Shown here: positions 47,501 through 64,000 of the stretch, piece by piece
How positions within the stretch are numbered: the stretch's first letter is position 1
Layout: the number at the start of each line of letters is the position of its first letter
Origin: Acanthaster planci
Taxonomy: Eukaryota
Reading direction: 5' to 3'
Length of the DNA stretch: 64,000 nt
NCBI RefSeq assembly: GCF_001949145.1
Contig: NW_019091357.1
Location: 2,039,704 to 2,103,703, forward strand
The notes under the pieces: model-generated
What the model was told of the DNA's origin: nothing
Databases searched by the model: none
The model's input: the letters and a program-made list of their open reading frames with translations, nothing else
Position numbers and translations under genes: made by a program

Positions 47501-47787
47501 ATTGTGTGCTGTAAATTTGCACTGTGATTATATGGAAGCAATTGCTATACAAGTTTTTCCAACTGCTATGCAAAAATTATTTTGTATAGCAGATTTGCCA
47601 TGCAAATTTTTTGCTGAAAATTATTCCCTGTAAAAGGCTTCTAACTTGGTTATTTCCACCCTTCTTTGTGCAGGATCGACGTCTGGAGAAGAAGGCTAAC
47701 AAGCAAGCATTCAAGGATGAAGAGAAGAGACAAGACCTGGCCATGATGAATCTCAAGCAGAACATGCAGGGAATCAAAATAGTCTGA
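41594..47787 (+). CDS. LTV1: Protein LTV1 homolog (40S ribosome biogenesis factor), ~471 aa; ATG on a separate upstream exon
   Basis: Exons 41594-41737, 42229-42402, 42606-42693, 43354-43483, 43907-44126, 44525-44658, 45029-45236, 45781-45981, 47674-47787 (TGA), all phase-consistent. Motifs PGRKKKPFIDRKKAVSFHLVHRSQRDPL, GVFYDDDYDYLQHLKE, EEETKSHFTNYSLTSSVMRRNEGL, WDCESILSTYSNLYNHP, RRLEKKANKQAFK. Confidence 0.96.
44387..44495. mobile_element. Short MITE-like inverted repeat in an LTV1 intron
   Basis: tttccaattgaatgccgtattaaaagaaggccc / gggcctttctttcaatgaggtattcaattggaaa. Confidence 0.55.
45611..45743 (-). mobile_element. tRNA-derived SINE fragment
   Basis: Minus-strand B box GGTTCGAATCCCGGC followed by CGTGGGTTTT....GGTTTTCCTCCCAC, resembling the conserved central domain of V/Meta-type SINEs. 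Confidence 0.6.
46391..46627. mobile_element. MITE with ~70-bp TIRs in the last LTV1 intron
   Basis: aacataacaatttgaattccccagactaaagacactgttgctgtatcttgtgat.. / ..atcacgaggtatagcaacagtgtctttagtgtggagaattcaaattgttatgtt. Confidence 0.65.
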
Positions 47788-50164
47788 GCCCCATAACAGC
47801 TTTGCTTTGTCGATACCTCAAAGAGATTATGGTGACTTATTTTGAATAAGAGCGATGGCCAAGTTTAGTTCTCAAACAATGTGAGGAAACTGGATTTCTC
47901 GATAGCAGTCCGAGGAATTGTTTCAGGCTGTAAAGGTCAGCTTTTCTCTCGATTTCTTCGTCCAAAAAAACAACAAAAAAAACCCCAGATACTTCAACAA
48001 TATTGGGATGGCCTGCCACACACCATTTTTTAAATGTCAAAAAGTGTTTCTCATAGTCAGCTTGTTTTGGTTGGGCAGTTTTCTTTTTTAAGAAGTGTCT
48101 TCGTTTTTAAATAAAATGTTGACATAACTTGTAATAAAAATGCCCCTTAACTTTCAAAAGTACATGTGTAAATATGTATGATATATCTTTGAAAATCAAT
48201 TGGTTAAGAAATAAAGCCAGATGTTGGAAATCTTTGGAAGACATAGGGTGAGAGTGTATTTTGTTTGAGTAAGTGTGGAAGATGTGATAAAGTTTGACTC
48301 TAGTAAAGGAACGATTACCAAAATTCAGGTTTCATTTGGCTTTTTTCTGTTTACCGTCACTTTTGCTATTTTACCAGAACTTCTAAATATTTGAAAATCA
48401 AGCATTTAAAAGGTACTCTCAAACTTTCCAAGGTTCAGCTTGCCTGCTGATTTCCACCTCAAATATGGTACAGAAATGTGAAATATCTGGTTTCCCCAAG
48501 AAGACGTGACTAGTGCTGGAATCTACTCGACTCGCATCGACCTTTGTGACGTCATGAAAATAACAAAGTCTCCTGATATACATGTATATGTCCAAAGTAG
48601 GGAGCCACTGGAATTGTCTCGGTGAAAGTTATCTTTGTGATCAGAGCCACCTGTCCTGTTTCCACTTCCCTCGATTACTGTGGCTCTTTCAATGTTTTTC
48701 CCTTTTTAACTGGGCATTTTAAGCTGTGTCACCCATGTAGAATCCAGAAATAGTTTGTAAAGAAAAATGAAGTCGCCTTTGTTGTGAAGATGCTGAAGTA
48801 ATTTCTTCAGAGTGGAGAGGTTTACATACAAGGGGAATTCGGGGTTATTATGTTGCTTTTGCTCCAATTTCTCACTTGTCCTGGCTTTCATAGTGCAGGG
48901 TTAGGCTACCAAGTCGGGTGACTGCAGACTGGCTATCAAGATATTGATGATTTCTTATTTTTTGCAGTAAGGGTGCAGAGCAGACAGACTTGGAATTTCC
49001 GAGCAGAAAGAGCCTGTTATTAATTTTATTATTCAGTGGTGTATGTCTGTTCAAGACAGTTCACAAACACATGATTAACTTCAAGATAAGTGCTTCGGGC
49101 AATGGTACGTTTTTTGCCCGTCTAAAGGTACTTGCCCTTTATCGTAACCTTTTTTCTCGACATGAAGTTCCTTTGGACTTGTTCAGGATCGAAAACTGTA
49201 GCATAACATGGGACATTGTGCAGCAGAAAGAATTTGGAAGGTTAACCCTAACCTCCGAAGGTTTATGTAAAATTATATTTAACTCTGAGGATTTTGGAAT
49301 TTTAACTAAAGTAGAGAATCAAGAATAAAATTGAAACCAGAGAGCTGCCCAAAATGAAAGATTGTCTGAGCAAAAGGAAAAAGTCATTCAAAAGGTCAAG
49401 TTCACAGTCATGGTTTCCAGCGTGAAAATAATATGGAAATGAGAGGGTTTCCCAATGGATCTGAAACCACAATGACTTGACAAATTTAGGCACATAGTTC
49501 AAACGGATCAGTAATTGCGTGATAGTTTATATCTTAATGCTGTGTGTTTAGCAATTGAGAGATAACTAACTTCGGTGAGTTGACGAAGATTGGCACATGA
49601 GGCATTGAGAACATCAACACCTGGCTTTGTTTCCCTAGTTTTAAATTCACTTTTTGGTGGTCACCAAATTACTTTGCTTGTTTGCGTCAGTAGCGTCAGT
49701 AGACTGGAAGTTATCCTGCACTGTGTAAGTTAAAGTCAATTTCCATTGGTCTGTTTATCAAAACCAAAAACCCCAAATTCAATTATTAGGCATAAATTTG
49801 TTGCTTCACATTTCTTAGAACATTTGATGACTAATCATACCACTTTGTTTCTGTTTATTTCTTGTTCAGTTCATCTGTTTTAAATGTTTCTCAAAGTGGT
49901 GTTTAGTTTGGCTCCTCCAAAAAGATGACAGAAATATGCTATCTGAAATTTCAGCATCCACTGGTGATTTTTAAAATCTTTTCAATGCAACTGATGACAT
50001 GATTTACATAATCCCCAGTGTGCGATTTCTTTCTGTTGGCACCCTTAAATTTCTCCCAGTTAGTATTGTTTCTAGTCTTATTTTTTTCAAACCCTGCATC
50101 TTTGTGATTCCTTACAACTTGTCCAACCTTTCTCCCATGTAGATCTGCCAAGTGAGCCTTCAAG

Positions 50165-53916
<3,752 letters not shown>

Positions 53917-56900
53917 AACAAGGTGAGACTTGAAACTAGCATGAAGCCAGGAATGTCATTATGTGTAAAAACTACTTGTCACAGCAAAGAATCGCTAGAC
54001 AACCTGCATAATATGAACTTTTATTAGTGTGGACTCCTCCAAAGCGCCTACGCGGCATTTTCTGTATTTGTCAATATTTTTGTTCTTTATGTTCTTTTGT
54101 TTTTTTTCTGTGTGTGTCTTTCGCAGGCTTGTTCGGATGACACGCCTGGCACGTTGTGTCTGTTCTTGGTTCAACAATTTAAAATAAAATTTGGATCTTC
54201 CCATCATGATCACAGTAATCCACTTTTTGCCCTGTACCAGTATAGTCTAATCCCTAAACTTTGCAGCCACTCTGTTCCTCAGCCTCAAAGTATTGTAACC
54301 ACACAAGCAAGTATAATTTGAATATTACATTTTCCAGCTTTAGTGATTGCATGAAACCACTCCTAGACAATCAAGCGACTTTGTAAAACAACTTGCTAAT
54401 CATAAGCCAATGTAGATTGCAACTTTATCTGTTGTCTGTACTGCGAAATAAATACCAACTGAAATATGTCATAAGTGCTTTCCTGCCTGCAGTGTGGAGA
54501 ACCAGTTCGAGTCCCCTCTCCCTCCAGATTAAAAATGAACGTGGTGTAATTTGAGAGAAGTTACTCTATTTTCTCGGAAGTTGCACATTGCATTAGCGAG
54601 TCGCCAGGATTTTTTTCCACACTTGAAAGCAAAACTGGTCAAAATCATGTAGATCAAAATGCACTAATATTGCTGAAGATCAGACGTAGGGTCAAATAGC
54701 AGTGCAAGTTTATATTTTCAAAGCCCTGTTTACCCCTTGCCCATAGAGTTCCTGTCCTTGAAGTTTTTTAAATTCTCCTCTAGGTTTTATTAAAATCATC
54801 TTTGCAGCCATACAGGCCAAAATGCAGATGATCTTATGATAAAATAGGGATTGAAAGACAAAATTACATTGAAATACTATGATTATTAATATTTTCTAAA
54901 ACACATAACATGAACACGAAAAGAAAAAAATAAATGACTAAAAATGATACTTATTAACATAAATCATCTTCTCCTGGTACCCGGTTCCAGTCTCTTAAAA
55001 TATGAGCCTAATGAAGGAGGGAATCACACTTCTGTACCGCTCAGTTCTGCACGTAACTTGGTTGAATAGGTTAGGATTTCGTAGTCTCATCGTTGCTGCA
55101 TTATTTGACACTAACCAGCGACAAGAACTGGAGGGTTTGCCAAGTGATTGAGTAAATTTGTGACAAAGTCCTTTTGTCACAGTTTTTCAAGTCAAGTCTG
55201 GGTCAAATTATCATGGTAAGATTTGTAACGGAATCCTAAAATGCTGAACCCTCTCGATTTGGTTGGTCTGGGCACGTGTGAGGGCTGAATGCCAAACACA
55301 TGCAGCATACTCAAGGAGAGGCCGAGTATATGTTACCAGCACACGTGTATATGATAATAAGGTCGTGTTGAAATAAGTTAAAAGAAATTAGTTGTCACAG
55401 CCTTTGCATTCTCGAACTAGCCCTTTTGACTATTTCTTGTGTCTGCTTGTCCCATGAGGGAGATGTCTTACAACAGGAACGCTGAAATTTGATTTTGTGG
55501 CATCAACGTATTGAGGAAGGGAAAAAATATCGATATCTCACACTTTTGCTTAGTTATGCTTTTATTCAGTGAATTTAAATTTAAGCTCAACAATTGACAT
55601 CTTACAGTGATAAACAGATTCCAGGTCCCATTGGTGACATTCATTTACACTTACACCAATTAACTAGTTAACATTATTTCATTACAACCATAACAATCTT
55701 TAATGATAACCCAAGAAAACTTTCTTATTAAGCCTGACAAGAATTGGTCTCTCTGTGAAAATATTTTTCAGGTTAAATTTACAAGTTGTAAATGACCGTC
55801 CCTGCCCACATGTAGATACAAACTAAATCCTATGGAATGAGCTTTGTAAGATTTCACCACAAACTCCCACAAGTAACACAGGCCGCCCCTTTGAAAAGTA
55901 GTCTACAATTGTACAACTCAAGCAAAAAGATTCCATTTTTCTTTCTTAAAAATGCCCAGTCTTACATATAGTTCTCATTGGACTTTCTTCATTTTGTGAA
56001 ACGTGGTGTCAATTTGGAAGCAGCTGTCCAATTTTTTGGACACATTTCTAGTCTACACAAGCCTCGGTCTTCATTAGCCTCATTGACCTGTGTATGACAA
56101 GATGGCTGCCGTCGATAAAAGTTAAAATGCTTGCCTGAAAACCATGCTTGCTAAACTCTTTTGAAAAGTTGAAACATCCTGGATGACATTGAAAGTTGGC
56201 ATCTGAAATGAGCCGCCGACAACAATACTTCATTTATAATTTTTGATTGACTGAACTGGTACAAGCAGAATTCTTGCTGTCTTTGTGCTAGTTACATGAG
56301 CTCAAACATTTTTATGCCAAAATATTTACAGATTTCAGCAGTACCATTTTGCCTGAATGCACAGTGTTTGTCCCAGAATTTCCACAAATTTCATTTTTAC
56401 GGCAGTATCTACAGTACACATTTTCAAGATGTCAGCCTTGGTTGGGGTATAAAGGGGAGCAAAATCAATCCACATGCACCGACAAGACGAAACTGGTCAT
56501 TTCTAAAACTGTACATGGCAGCTCAAATCGACATATGAAGCAAGATATGAGACGAAGAGAGCCCCCTCCCCCCTGCTTTGTGTTGGTCATTGTCTCACTG
56601 GAATCTGAGCAAATCTTTTCAGACATCTTGGGGGGATGTGTTAGGTAACAATAGTCTAGAGTGTGTAAAGCGATTGGACATGTTGGGGGGGTACCCCTTG
56701 GTCTCATTTCTTGCTGGATATACAAATATAACAGCTCACGTAAATAGTGCTAAGTTTTGCCTACAAGGAGTAATATAACTCACAAATCATAGATACACAT
56801 ATGGGTTTTTACCACTAAGAAGACAACAGGGTGCACAATACGCAAAAGATAAGTACATGGTGATTTTACAGGGTTTTGCGGAATTGGAGGTTTCAGTCTG

Positions 56901-58375
56901 ATGGATAATTGAATACTGATGACACACACACACTGATTTTACACTTGTTTCGAAATGGGTCATTCCATTAGGTTGGGGCACAATTTGTGACGGTGTCCTT
57001 GTTACATCCCAAACCTGTTACCACCTGTCATGACCTGTAGAGTAGGTCATTTACTCTGTCAAAATAACACACACCTCTGTATTCAGCCTTGCAAGATGTA
57101 TAACAATGTCAATTTGGAATCCACATGCAGGGAAATAGATGTTCTTTTTACAGAACCGATGTAACAACTGACACCATGACAAACTGTGCCCCAACCTCAC
57201 AGAATGACTCAAATACATCACATCCCAAGCCCCTATGCGTACAAAGCAGTACTGCATGAATCTCTGCATAAGCCGTGTAGCAAATTTTACCATTGACAAT
57301 GGTAACTCCAAAGTTCTGCGTACGCTTTCCACATTTATTGGTATACTTACTTTTTGTACACTGTACACTTTGAACCAGGAAAAGAAATGAGTGGAGCGGA
57401 AAGATATCCGTTACCAGCACAAGGAAAAAAAATGGAATTTGTGAAAGTCATATTTTAAAACTGTCATAATTACTATGTACACTATTTGCCCTATAAAGTA
57501 AAGAAAAATAAGCCAGGCCTACTCTGGAAACATATTCACAAATGATCATACAATTTGAATTTCTTTCAAACCCCCAAATTGATATGAAGCCTTAAAAGGT
57601 GTCTTCATTATTTTAACACAAACTATCTGTATTTGTAAGATACGTGATTCAAGTTTTCACTGTTGCTGTCCACAGCTGACAAGGGTTGAAAGTTTTAGTC
57701 GTCCATGGACAAGATGCCATAAGTGGAAACGCTAGCTTGGTTTTTGCCATTCTGAATAATTACAGTCACCACATGTACACAAGGCCCAGGCTAATCCCCA
57801 AGTAGCCTTTGAAAACCGTTCCACTACTATGCTGTATGTACGCCTTTCATGGAATTACATAAAGAGACCGACAGTGAAATATCACGCCCATCTCCAATTC
57901 CAAGCTCTGCCCCTTTGGGGCAAATTTTCACTGCTCTGAAATCTGTAATTTACATGATTTGTCTTGTACAACAAAAGGGGCCTTTAGGTATTTCTCTAAA
58001 TCTAATGCAACTTTTGATTCATTTTTACACAGGAGTACCAAAAAAAAATCAAGTTCACCGATCAAACCACGTTCACATTAAAAACAATATATGAACACAA
58101 ATGTTACAATTTTACAAGACAAGAAATGAAGCCTCGGGCAGGTACAATGTAAGTAGAAGTCACTGTCAACCACTTCCTATCTTCATTTACAGTTTTGAAG
58201 GTTCTCTGTAGAACCAGTGATTTCCCCATCAACATTTCAATTGAAAGCACTAGTCCCTTCACGACCTGACTCCCCACCACTCCCAGGTTTTGCCCACAGT
58301 CTTCTGTATCTAGTTTTTTCTCTGTGTGTGTGTGTAACTGACACTAACTCTACCTCTGATGAAAACACAGCTTAA

Positions 58376-58478
58376 GGCCGCGTCCCAAATTACACACGAC
58401 TCAGTGGTAACCGGCCGCAGTCACCTCCACAGACTCCTGTGTCATTTCTGGGCGCAGCCAAGTAATCTGGACACGGCC
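58376..58478. mobile_element. PIF/Harbinger (Tourist-like) MITE in the putative SMAP 3' UTR
   Basis: TAA|GGCCGCGTCCCAAATTAC ... GTAATCTGGACACGGCC|TAA. Confidence 0.7.
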
Positions 58479-59409
58479 TAAGAATTGGCTTCGTGTACAA
58501 GTTGGCCATTTTGTGTTCCCTGAATCCACTTTATGCACTGAACACTGTGGCATGGCAAGGAACCGGACTATTTTCCTGTAATTAAAGGTATAGCCTCACT
58601 TTGAAATTATTTTTACACGGTCAAGAGAAGAGTGACCTGGCTTTTTATCCACAATTCGGAACTACCCGTCAAACCAAAAGGATGGTAATTAATAATCTGC
58701 CCTATGATTAGAAACGTTCTACGGAAATCGATTTGCTTTTGATTCAAGATGGCCGACTAGAAAAAAAGGCCAATTCTTACCGAGTGTAACTGACATCTGT
58801 GTACAGCCTATGCGTCCTACTCACAAGATATGCTTTCCTTGTGGTCAGTGAACTCTCTGGTTATGAGAGTGCTCACTAGTCTACATGTACAGGCAAAAGC
58901 CTTGCTATCTTTCAGGCACGGTCAAACATTTTCTACCAACTACGCACAAAGCAGATCAAGACTGCACGTGGTTACTGGAAGGTTTGACTCCAACTGACAA
59001 TATCTTTTCCCCCAGCAGTTCTGCCCTGCCGCCTACCTGTACGGTCAACATTACAGCAACATTATTGTCTGTACAGTAATACATATATATGTTTATGTAC
59101 ATGGTCTTGGAAATAAATGTACAACTGGGCACAACTGGTGGACTACGGTGCAAACATATTTTTTTTTGGGGGGGGGACTGGTTCTTAAAGGGGCATCCTT
59201 ATGAAAACATTACTCTGACTAAATCTCCATGCTGTAACTGCTGCGCAGAACTCAACAATTTTGAAATACAAGAAAATGGAAACGCGTACATGCATTTATC
59301 ACCTTTGTAACCTCAAAATGAAGCCAAGATTGCACCATAATCCACCAGATATGTTGATTTCCCACCAGTCCTTCGTGACAGACAGCGTATCACCCCACTT
59401 GCATTGTTA

Positions 59410-61939
59410 TCATTTCCACAGCTGGTTGCTGAGTGTCTGCCCCGATCCGGCCCCTCCCCATCCGCCCATGCTGCCAACCCCCGCCATGGCTGTTGGGGCG
59501 GGCTGTTGCTGGGGCATCCCGGTGCTGCCCTGTTGCCAGTTGGGCTGCTGCACTTGTCCGGCAGGGGGGTTGGTGGCTCCGCCGCCGCCCATGCGCATTG
59601 AGTTCATTTGCTGCTGGATCTATCAAATTCAGATCAAAAAGTTTTTCAGTTTGTCTTTCGTCCATGAAAATAGTTCCAAGCTTTCTTGCCTTTTCCGCAC
59701 ACAAAAATCAGCTCTTTTCTTTCAACAGATATGAAATGTACGGCATACATGTCGTCAAAGTTTAGTTATATCTTTTGACTACATCAACTATCAAGCAAAA
59801 CCCTTCCTCCCAAAATAAAGGACATTGTGGTTAAAGCCACGCCCCTGACAAAGCTCTTACACAAAGACATATAAAATGTACATGCAACTATGGTATGTGT
59901 GGGGTTGAGTCGTTTGCTGACAAGTAACATGACCCTGTCTGATCACAGAGGAGGGAGGTCCAGCCACAAGGATACAACATGCACCATCCGAGAAGACCAG
60001 AAGGGAATTAACAAATTCACAGTTCACTCCAAGCGCATCATGGGAAATTAACGAGCAGAAGGCCAGCGCAGAGCACAGTTACAAGTAATCAGGTAAGCAA
60101 GCGAGTAATGAAGTAACAAAGATCTTGCCCTAGAGACGTGATTCAGACATGGCCTGAGCCGCCTGACTGAAAATTGAAGTCTCCTGTCATTTTCCCCTTT
60201 CATTTATGTTTTGAGAGCCTGTACGTAGACTCTACAGGCCTCCATGTACATGTATGTATGCCTGCATCTGGGGCAATGTCCTCCATGAAGTTTGGCCCGT
60301 ATTTTTCACCGACTGTTTAAAAACCCTTTCACAAAGAAATGAATGCCAACGACGATGGCTGGAAGAGCTACATACCAATGTCCGACAGGTGCATAACAGA
60401 GTCCCAACAGGTTTGATTCGATACAAGCATGAAACAGTCTGTCTCTTAAAAATGTCTCTATCAGTGATATCCCTGTACGTGGAAACAGTATTACTACGAC
60501 ACGTAAACAATGTCTCTATCAGTGATATCCCTGTACGTGGAAACAGTATTACTATGACATGTCAACAATCATAAAGAAATTGCTGCGGTGTCTTTTTCCT
60601 TCGCCTTTCATGCAAATGACCCATTTACAGTTCAATATACATCCAAATTTTCTTCAACTAGTAACAAGCTCTGTCTGTGACATGCAAATTTTTGTTGGGC
60701 TTGAAAGACCGCCACCAATATGGTTGCCATGGCGACAATACCTGGAGGTCCAAATTGTACTGTTGCTGTTGCTGCAACTGCATCTGCTGCATATACTGCC
60801 ATTGCTGGTACTATCATGTGACCAAACAAATCAACCAATCATAGGGCTTGTTAGATAGTAGGGAAGTATTAAAAGAGTAGGACATAAAACACAAACCATA
60901 AGATATACTTTACATGTACATATGCATACAAGTACACAAGGATTTTACAACAGAACTGAATGGACAAAAAGGAATTTCTGTTCAAAATCTGATGAGAACT
61001 TCTCCTCTTAATAAACTGTATTTGTGAAGCTTGTATTTTAGTTTAACAATACAGCTTTCAGAGAAACTCATCTGACTTTGTTCAAGTCGGTTACAAAATT
61101 ACTCTAAACAAAAAACACAGCAGATCACATGCCCTTTCAACCGTAGGGAAAAGCTGGTGCTCGTCAAATTCTGACTTTCAAATATTAAATACAAATGTAC
61201 TGCATGCTGAGAAAATTGCTCAACTTTATTATAACTCATTATTTTAAGAAGGACCACTGGGTGTGAGTGCGATGTACATTTCATGACAACACTGAATGTT
61301 CTGAAAATGAAAGTTAACAGTCATGGTAACAAATCAACACCATGAAAAAAGGAAAGCATGCCGGGTGCGGAATAGAAAGAGATGTGTACTGTACACTACA
61401 CCGATATACAAACACTGTCAACCAAAAAATATGTCAAGTGTGATTTTCAAAGGAATCATGAGCGACCATGTGAGTTAACTGAGATTGATGTCTTTGACTT
61501 GAATATCGGCAAGGCTCAGGTACTGAATCTTCTGCTGATCCTAACTTCTCTTGCGTTGACTGACAACATCCGCTTGTCCATTTTTTCTCCACTTTTTTTA
61601 CGCTAAAAACTTTGCTGAAAAAGAACAACTTCCAGCTGAAAGCCTGCTTGAAGTAACACCAGACAGAAGACCTTCTGTTCATGCAGGGTTCAAATTTAGT
61701 GGGATTCAGGGGTCGAACATTTCGCCTTAAACAACGTTTACACCATTACCACCACCAGGAGTACTAAAAATAAAAAAAGGGGAGGGGGCGGAGTTGGGGA
61801 GAGGAGGAGGGGGGGGTGAAACACCAACAGGAGGGAATGATTGGAAACGTGCCCCAACCTGCTGTGTCATCTGCTGTTGCATCAGCTGAAACTGCTGCTG
61901 TTGTTGTTGTTGTTGTTGTTGCTGCTGTTGTTGCTGCTG
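59410..61939 (-). CDS. SMAP1: 3' exons of stromal membrane-associated protein (SMAP1/SMAP2, ArfGAP); 5' part lies beyond the window
   Basis: Exons 61939-61859 (polyQ + FQLMQQQMTQQ), 60810-60742 (YQQWQYMQQMQLQQQQQYNLDLQ), 59619-59410 (IQQQMNSMRMGG...GSGQTLSNQLWK*). The C-terminus GQTLS.QLWK is the SMAP1/2 signature. The ArfGAP domain is not in the window. Confidence 0.82.
60451..60566. repeat. 58-bp tandem duplication (2 units)
   Basis: aatgtctctatcagtgatatccctgtacgtggaaacagtattacta... occurs twice. Confidence 0.85.
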
Positions 61940-61942
61940 CTG
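61892..61942 (-). repeat. CAG/CAA trinucleotide repeat (polyQ, 16-17 codons)
   Basis: (ctg/ttg)n on the + strand inside the SMAP exon. Confidence 0.9.
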
Positions 61943-62704
61943 CATGATAATTGCACGGTTAGTTGCCAGATTAGTTAGCGGGCATCACTTGCGGTCAGGA
62001 AATCTTGTTTCTTAAATCAAGGTCTTGAATTTCTGTCATAGCTCTTGAACTGGACTCAATGCACGAACAAGACGGAGTGCACTTGTTAGCCAGTGTACGT
62101 GTGGCGTACCGAGTACGTACAAGTAAACACAAGAGCATAATGCGCCTGACTCACAATACAGATGTTGGTAGTCCAAATCGTACATAAAACCACAGCGACA
62201 TAGAAGATAATTCTCCGTTGGAGATGCCGCCAAACGGTCGTCACTTTGCAATGCAATGCAAGTAGCTAATGGATGTTATATCCTTCGTGACAAAAAATGA
62301 ATATAATTTTGAACTGTTACATTCAGATGATAGGATTTAATAATCAGGGATGTCAGTTGAGTTCCTGGCTAGAACCTGACAATAACGTCAGAGGAGCTCA
62401 AGTGTACCTCAAGGCCTGAAATAACACTGGTGTTTGGAAAAGTCTGAAATCAGGCTTTGGCCAGAAACACTGGCATCCATGCATGTTAAAGTACCCTTAA
62501 TCAGGACAAATACATGTATCTCCACTCTTTAGAGAACTGACAAATTTGCTAGGCTTAGACTCACACTCGCTTTACAATTAACTTGGAAATACCCTGCCAT
62601 TATGTATCCCTGGCTACTCCTGCCAACAATGTATCTTATTTTTTATAAAACTCTGCAGTAGAACATCAAAGCCTTTGAACTTGACTTTCAAAGGCAAATA
62701 CAAC

Positions 62705-63163
62705 TAGAGCTGAATCAATTTGATGGAATATCAAATTATTCGGTCATACCAACTGGCAGATTGTTATAAAAAATCAGCTGCAATAACGCACACAATTTTA
62801 CATTATAATCACTATAATAGCTCCTTACACCTGGAACAATACTTCTTGCCCTGTCGACATTTTATTCCTTTTAAATTTTTTTAACCTTAACCCCCAAGGG
62901 TGTATGTAAAATTGAATTGAAATTGGAGGATTTGGGACTGTTAGGGTTAGTGAATTATTTATTTTAGAATCACTGTAAGATTTCTGTTGCTTTTCATTTG
63001 AATCTGCTTGAAACAAGCCTCCATAGTGCAATTTTTCTCATTTTAAACAAAAGAAAATTCGCCGTTCCTCTTCATGAATTTTGCATTTGAATATTTAAAT
63101 TCAGAAAAGATCATTGGAACATTTGATAATCAATTGAATATTTGGATATCCTGCACAGCCCTA
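62705..63163 (-). mobile_element. hAT MITE, full-length, in a SMAP intron
   Basis: Ends TAGAGCTG / CAGCCCTA; 8-bp TSD AATACAAC/AATACAGC; inverted homologue of 37351-37790. Confidence 0.8.
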
Positions 63164-64000
63164 AATACAGCCATGGCTGAGAAATTAATGATCTACAAAT
63201 AGTGAAACTGGACTTCAAACCTAAATATACACGGATAACCATGTAGACGGTAAACGCAATGCAAAATACACATAGATCAAGTGATTGTGTGAGCTTCAGT
63301 TCAAAGCTCACTTCTGTTTTGAATACATGTTTGTCTTCTTGTTCAAACATGGACGGAAAAAAGTGCCATACAGATAAATACGACAAATCATGTTGAGAAT
63401 GCTTTATGAAACCTTTGCAGAGAGAAACAGAAAACAGAGTTTTCAGAAAGAACAGGAACATGAGTGTCCAGTTTGAATTCATCTGCCACCGACAAACAGT
63501 TTAACAGGATAGCCTTTTAAAACTTCATGGTGTTTCTTTTCCGTACTTGGGAATTCCATCTGTTGTATTTTACATGTACAATAGAGTGTCGATTTTAAAA
63601 CCTTATTTTATATTGAAAACCTGATTTTGTGCTCGTATCATGAAAGCAAGATAATTTTATTCAAGGATTTTCACTCTTTTGAGAAAGCATAAATAAATAT
63701 AAGCACACGTCAGCAAAATGCACTGCAGAAAATTTGTGGGTTTTTTCCTTTTGCCAAGTGGGGGATTTTCTTTGCTAAGTCAATTTTGAGCATTTGCAAA
63801 AAACAACAGAGAAAAAATATCCTTTCAGCTGCAGCAAAAGACTGGCTGTAAAATCTGAAAGATTTCAATTCAACGAAATTTCTCTCACTGACACATCAAT
63901 GCACACCGGTTTGGACAAGATAATTTAACGCCTGTGTATTGAGAAAGCCCACTTCCATAAAAGCCCACTTCCGGTTTTCCCTCTTCAAAAGAGTTTTCAG

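Noticed and set aside
59261..59765. Overlapping + strand ORFs of 110-157 aa
   Set aside because: Antisense shadows of the GC-rich last SMAP exon.
60451..60566. Direct repeat containing tetO-like TCTCTATCAGTGATA; CRISPR-like or vector-derived?
   Set aside because: Only two adjacent units with no unique spacer, incomplete tetO palindrome, no cas or vector sequence; a simple intronic duplication.
63817..63825. ATATCCTTT U12-type donor (and GTATCCTT at ~18194)
   Set aside because: Not at any exon boundary; the first is antisense to SMAP. All modelled coding introns are U2-type.

Overview
Intron-rich eukaryotic (animal) genomic DNA. Gene content and the abundance of TACATGTA suggest a marine invertebrate deuterostome, but this is inference. 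Six spliced protein-coding genes can be built by hand with phase-consistent GT-AG junctions: (1) a GT7/beta-1,4-galactosyltransferase-family enzyme (+, 5' end not found); (2) complete COPS5/CSN5 (+); (3) SLC17A9/VNUT (-); (4) LTV1 (+), head-to-head with SLC17A9; (5) a complete secreted proteinase K/aqualysin-like S8A subtilase (+); (6) the Q-rich 3' end of SMAP1/2 (-). Non-coding DNA carries many non-autonomous DNA transposons (hAT with 8-bp TSDs, piggyBac-like with TTAA, Harbinger-like, Ginger-like), two tRNA-SINE fragments, a mosaic tandem duplication at 4.4-9.4 kb containing a decayed antisense ORF with a C2HC zinc-finger motif, and a ~0.55-kb duplication around an N that is probably an assembly artefact. 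The most interesting leads are the naturally rewired donor and metal pocket of the GT7 enzyme and the apparently interleaved 5' ends of SLC17A9 and LTV1. No prokaryote-type system (CRISPR etc.) is present. Most ORFs in the supplied track are spurious.
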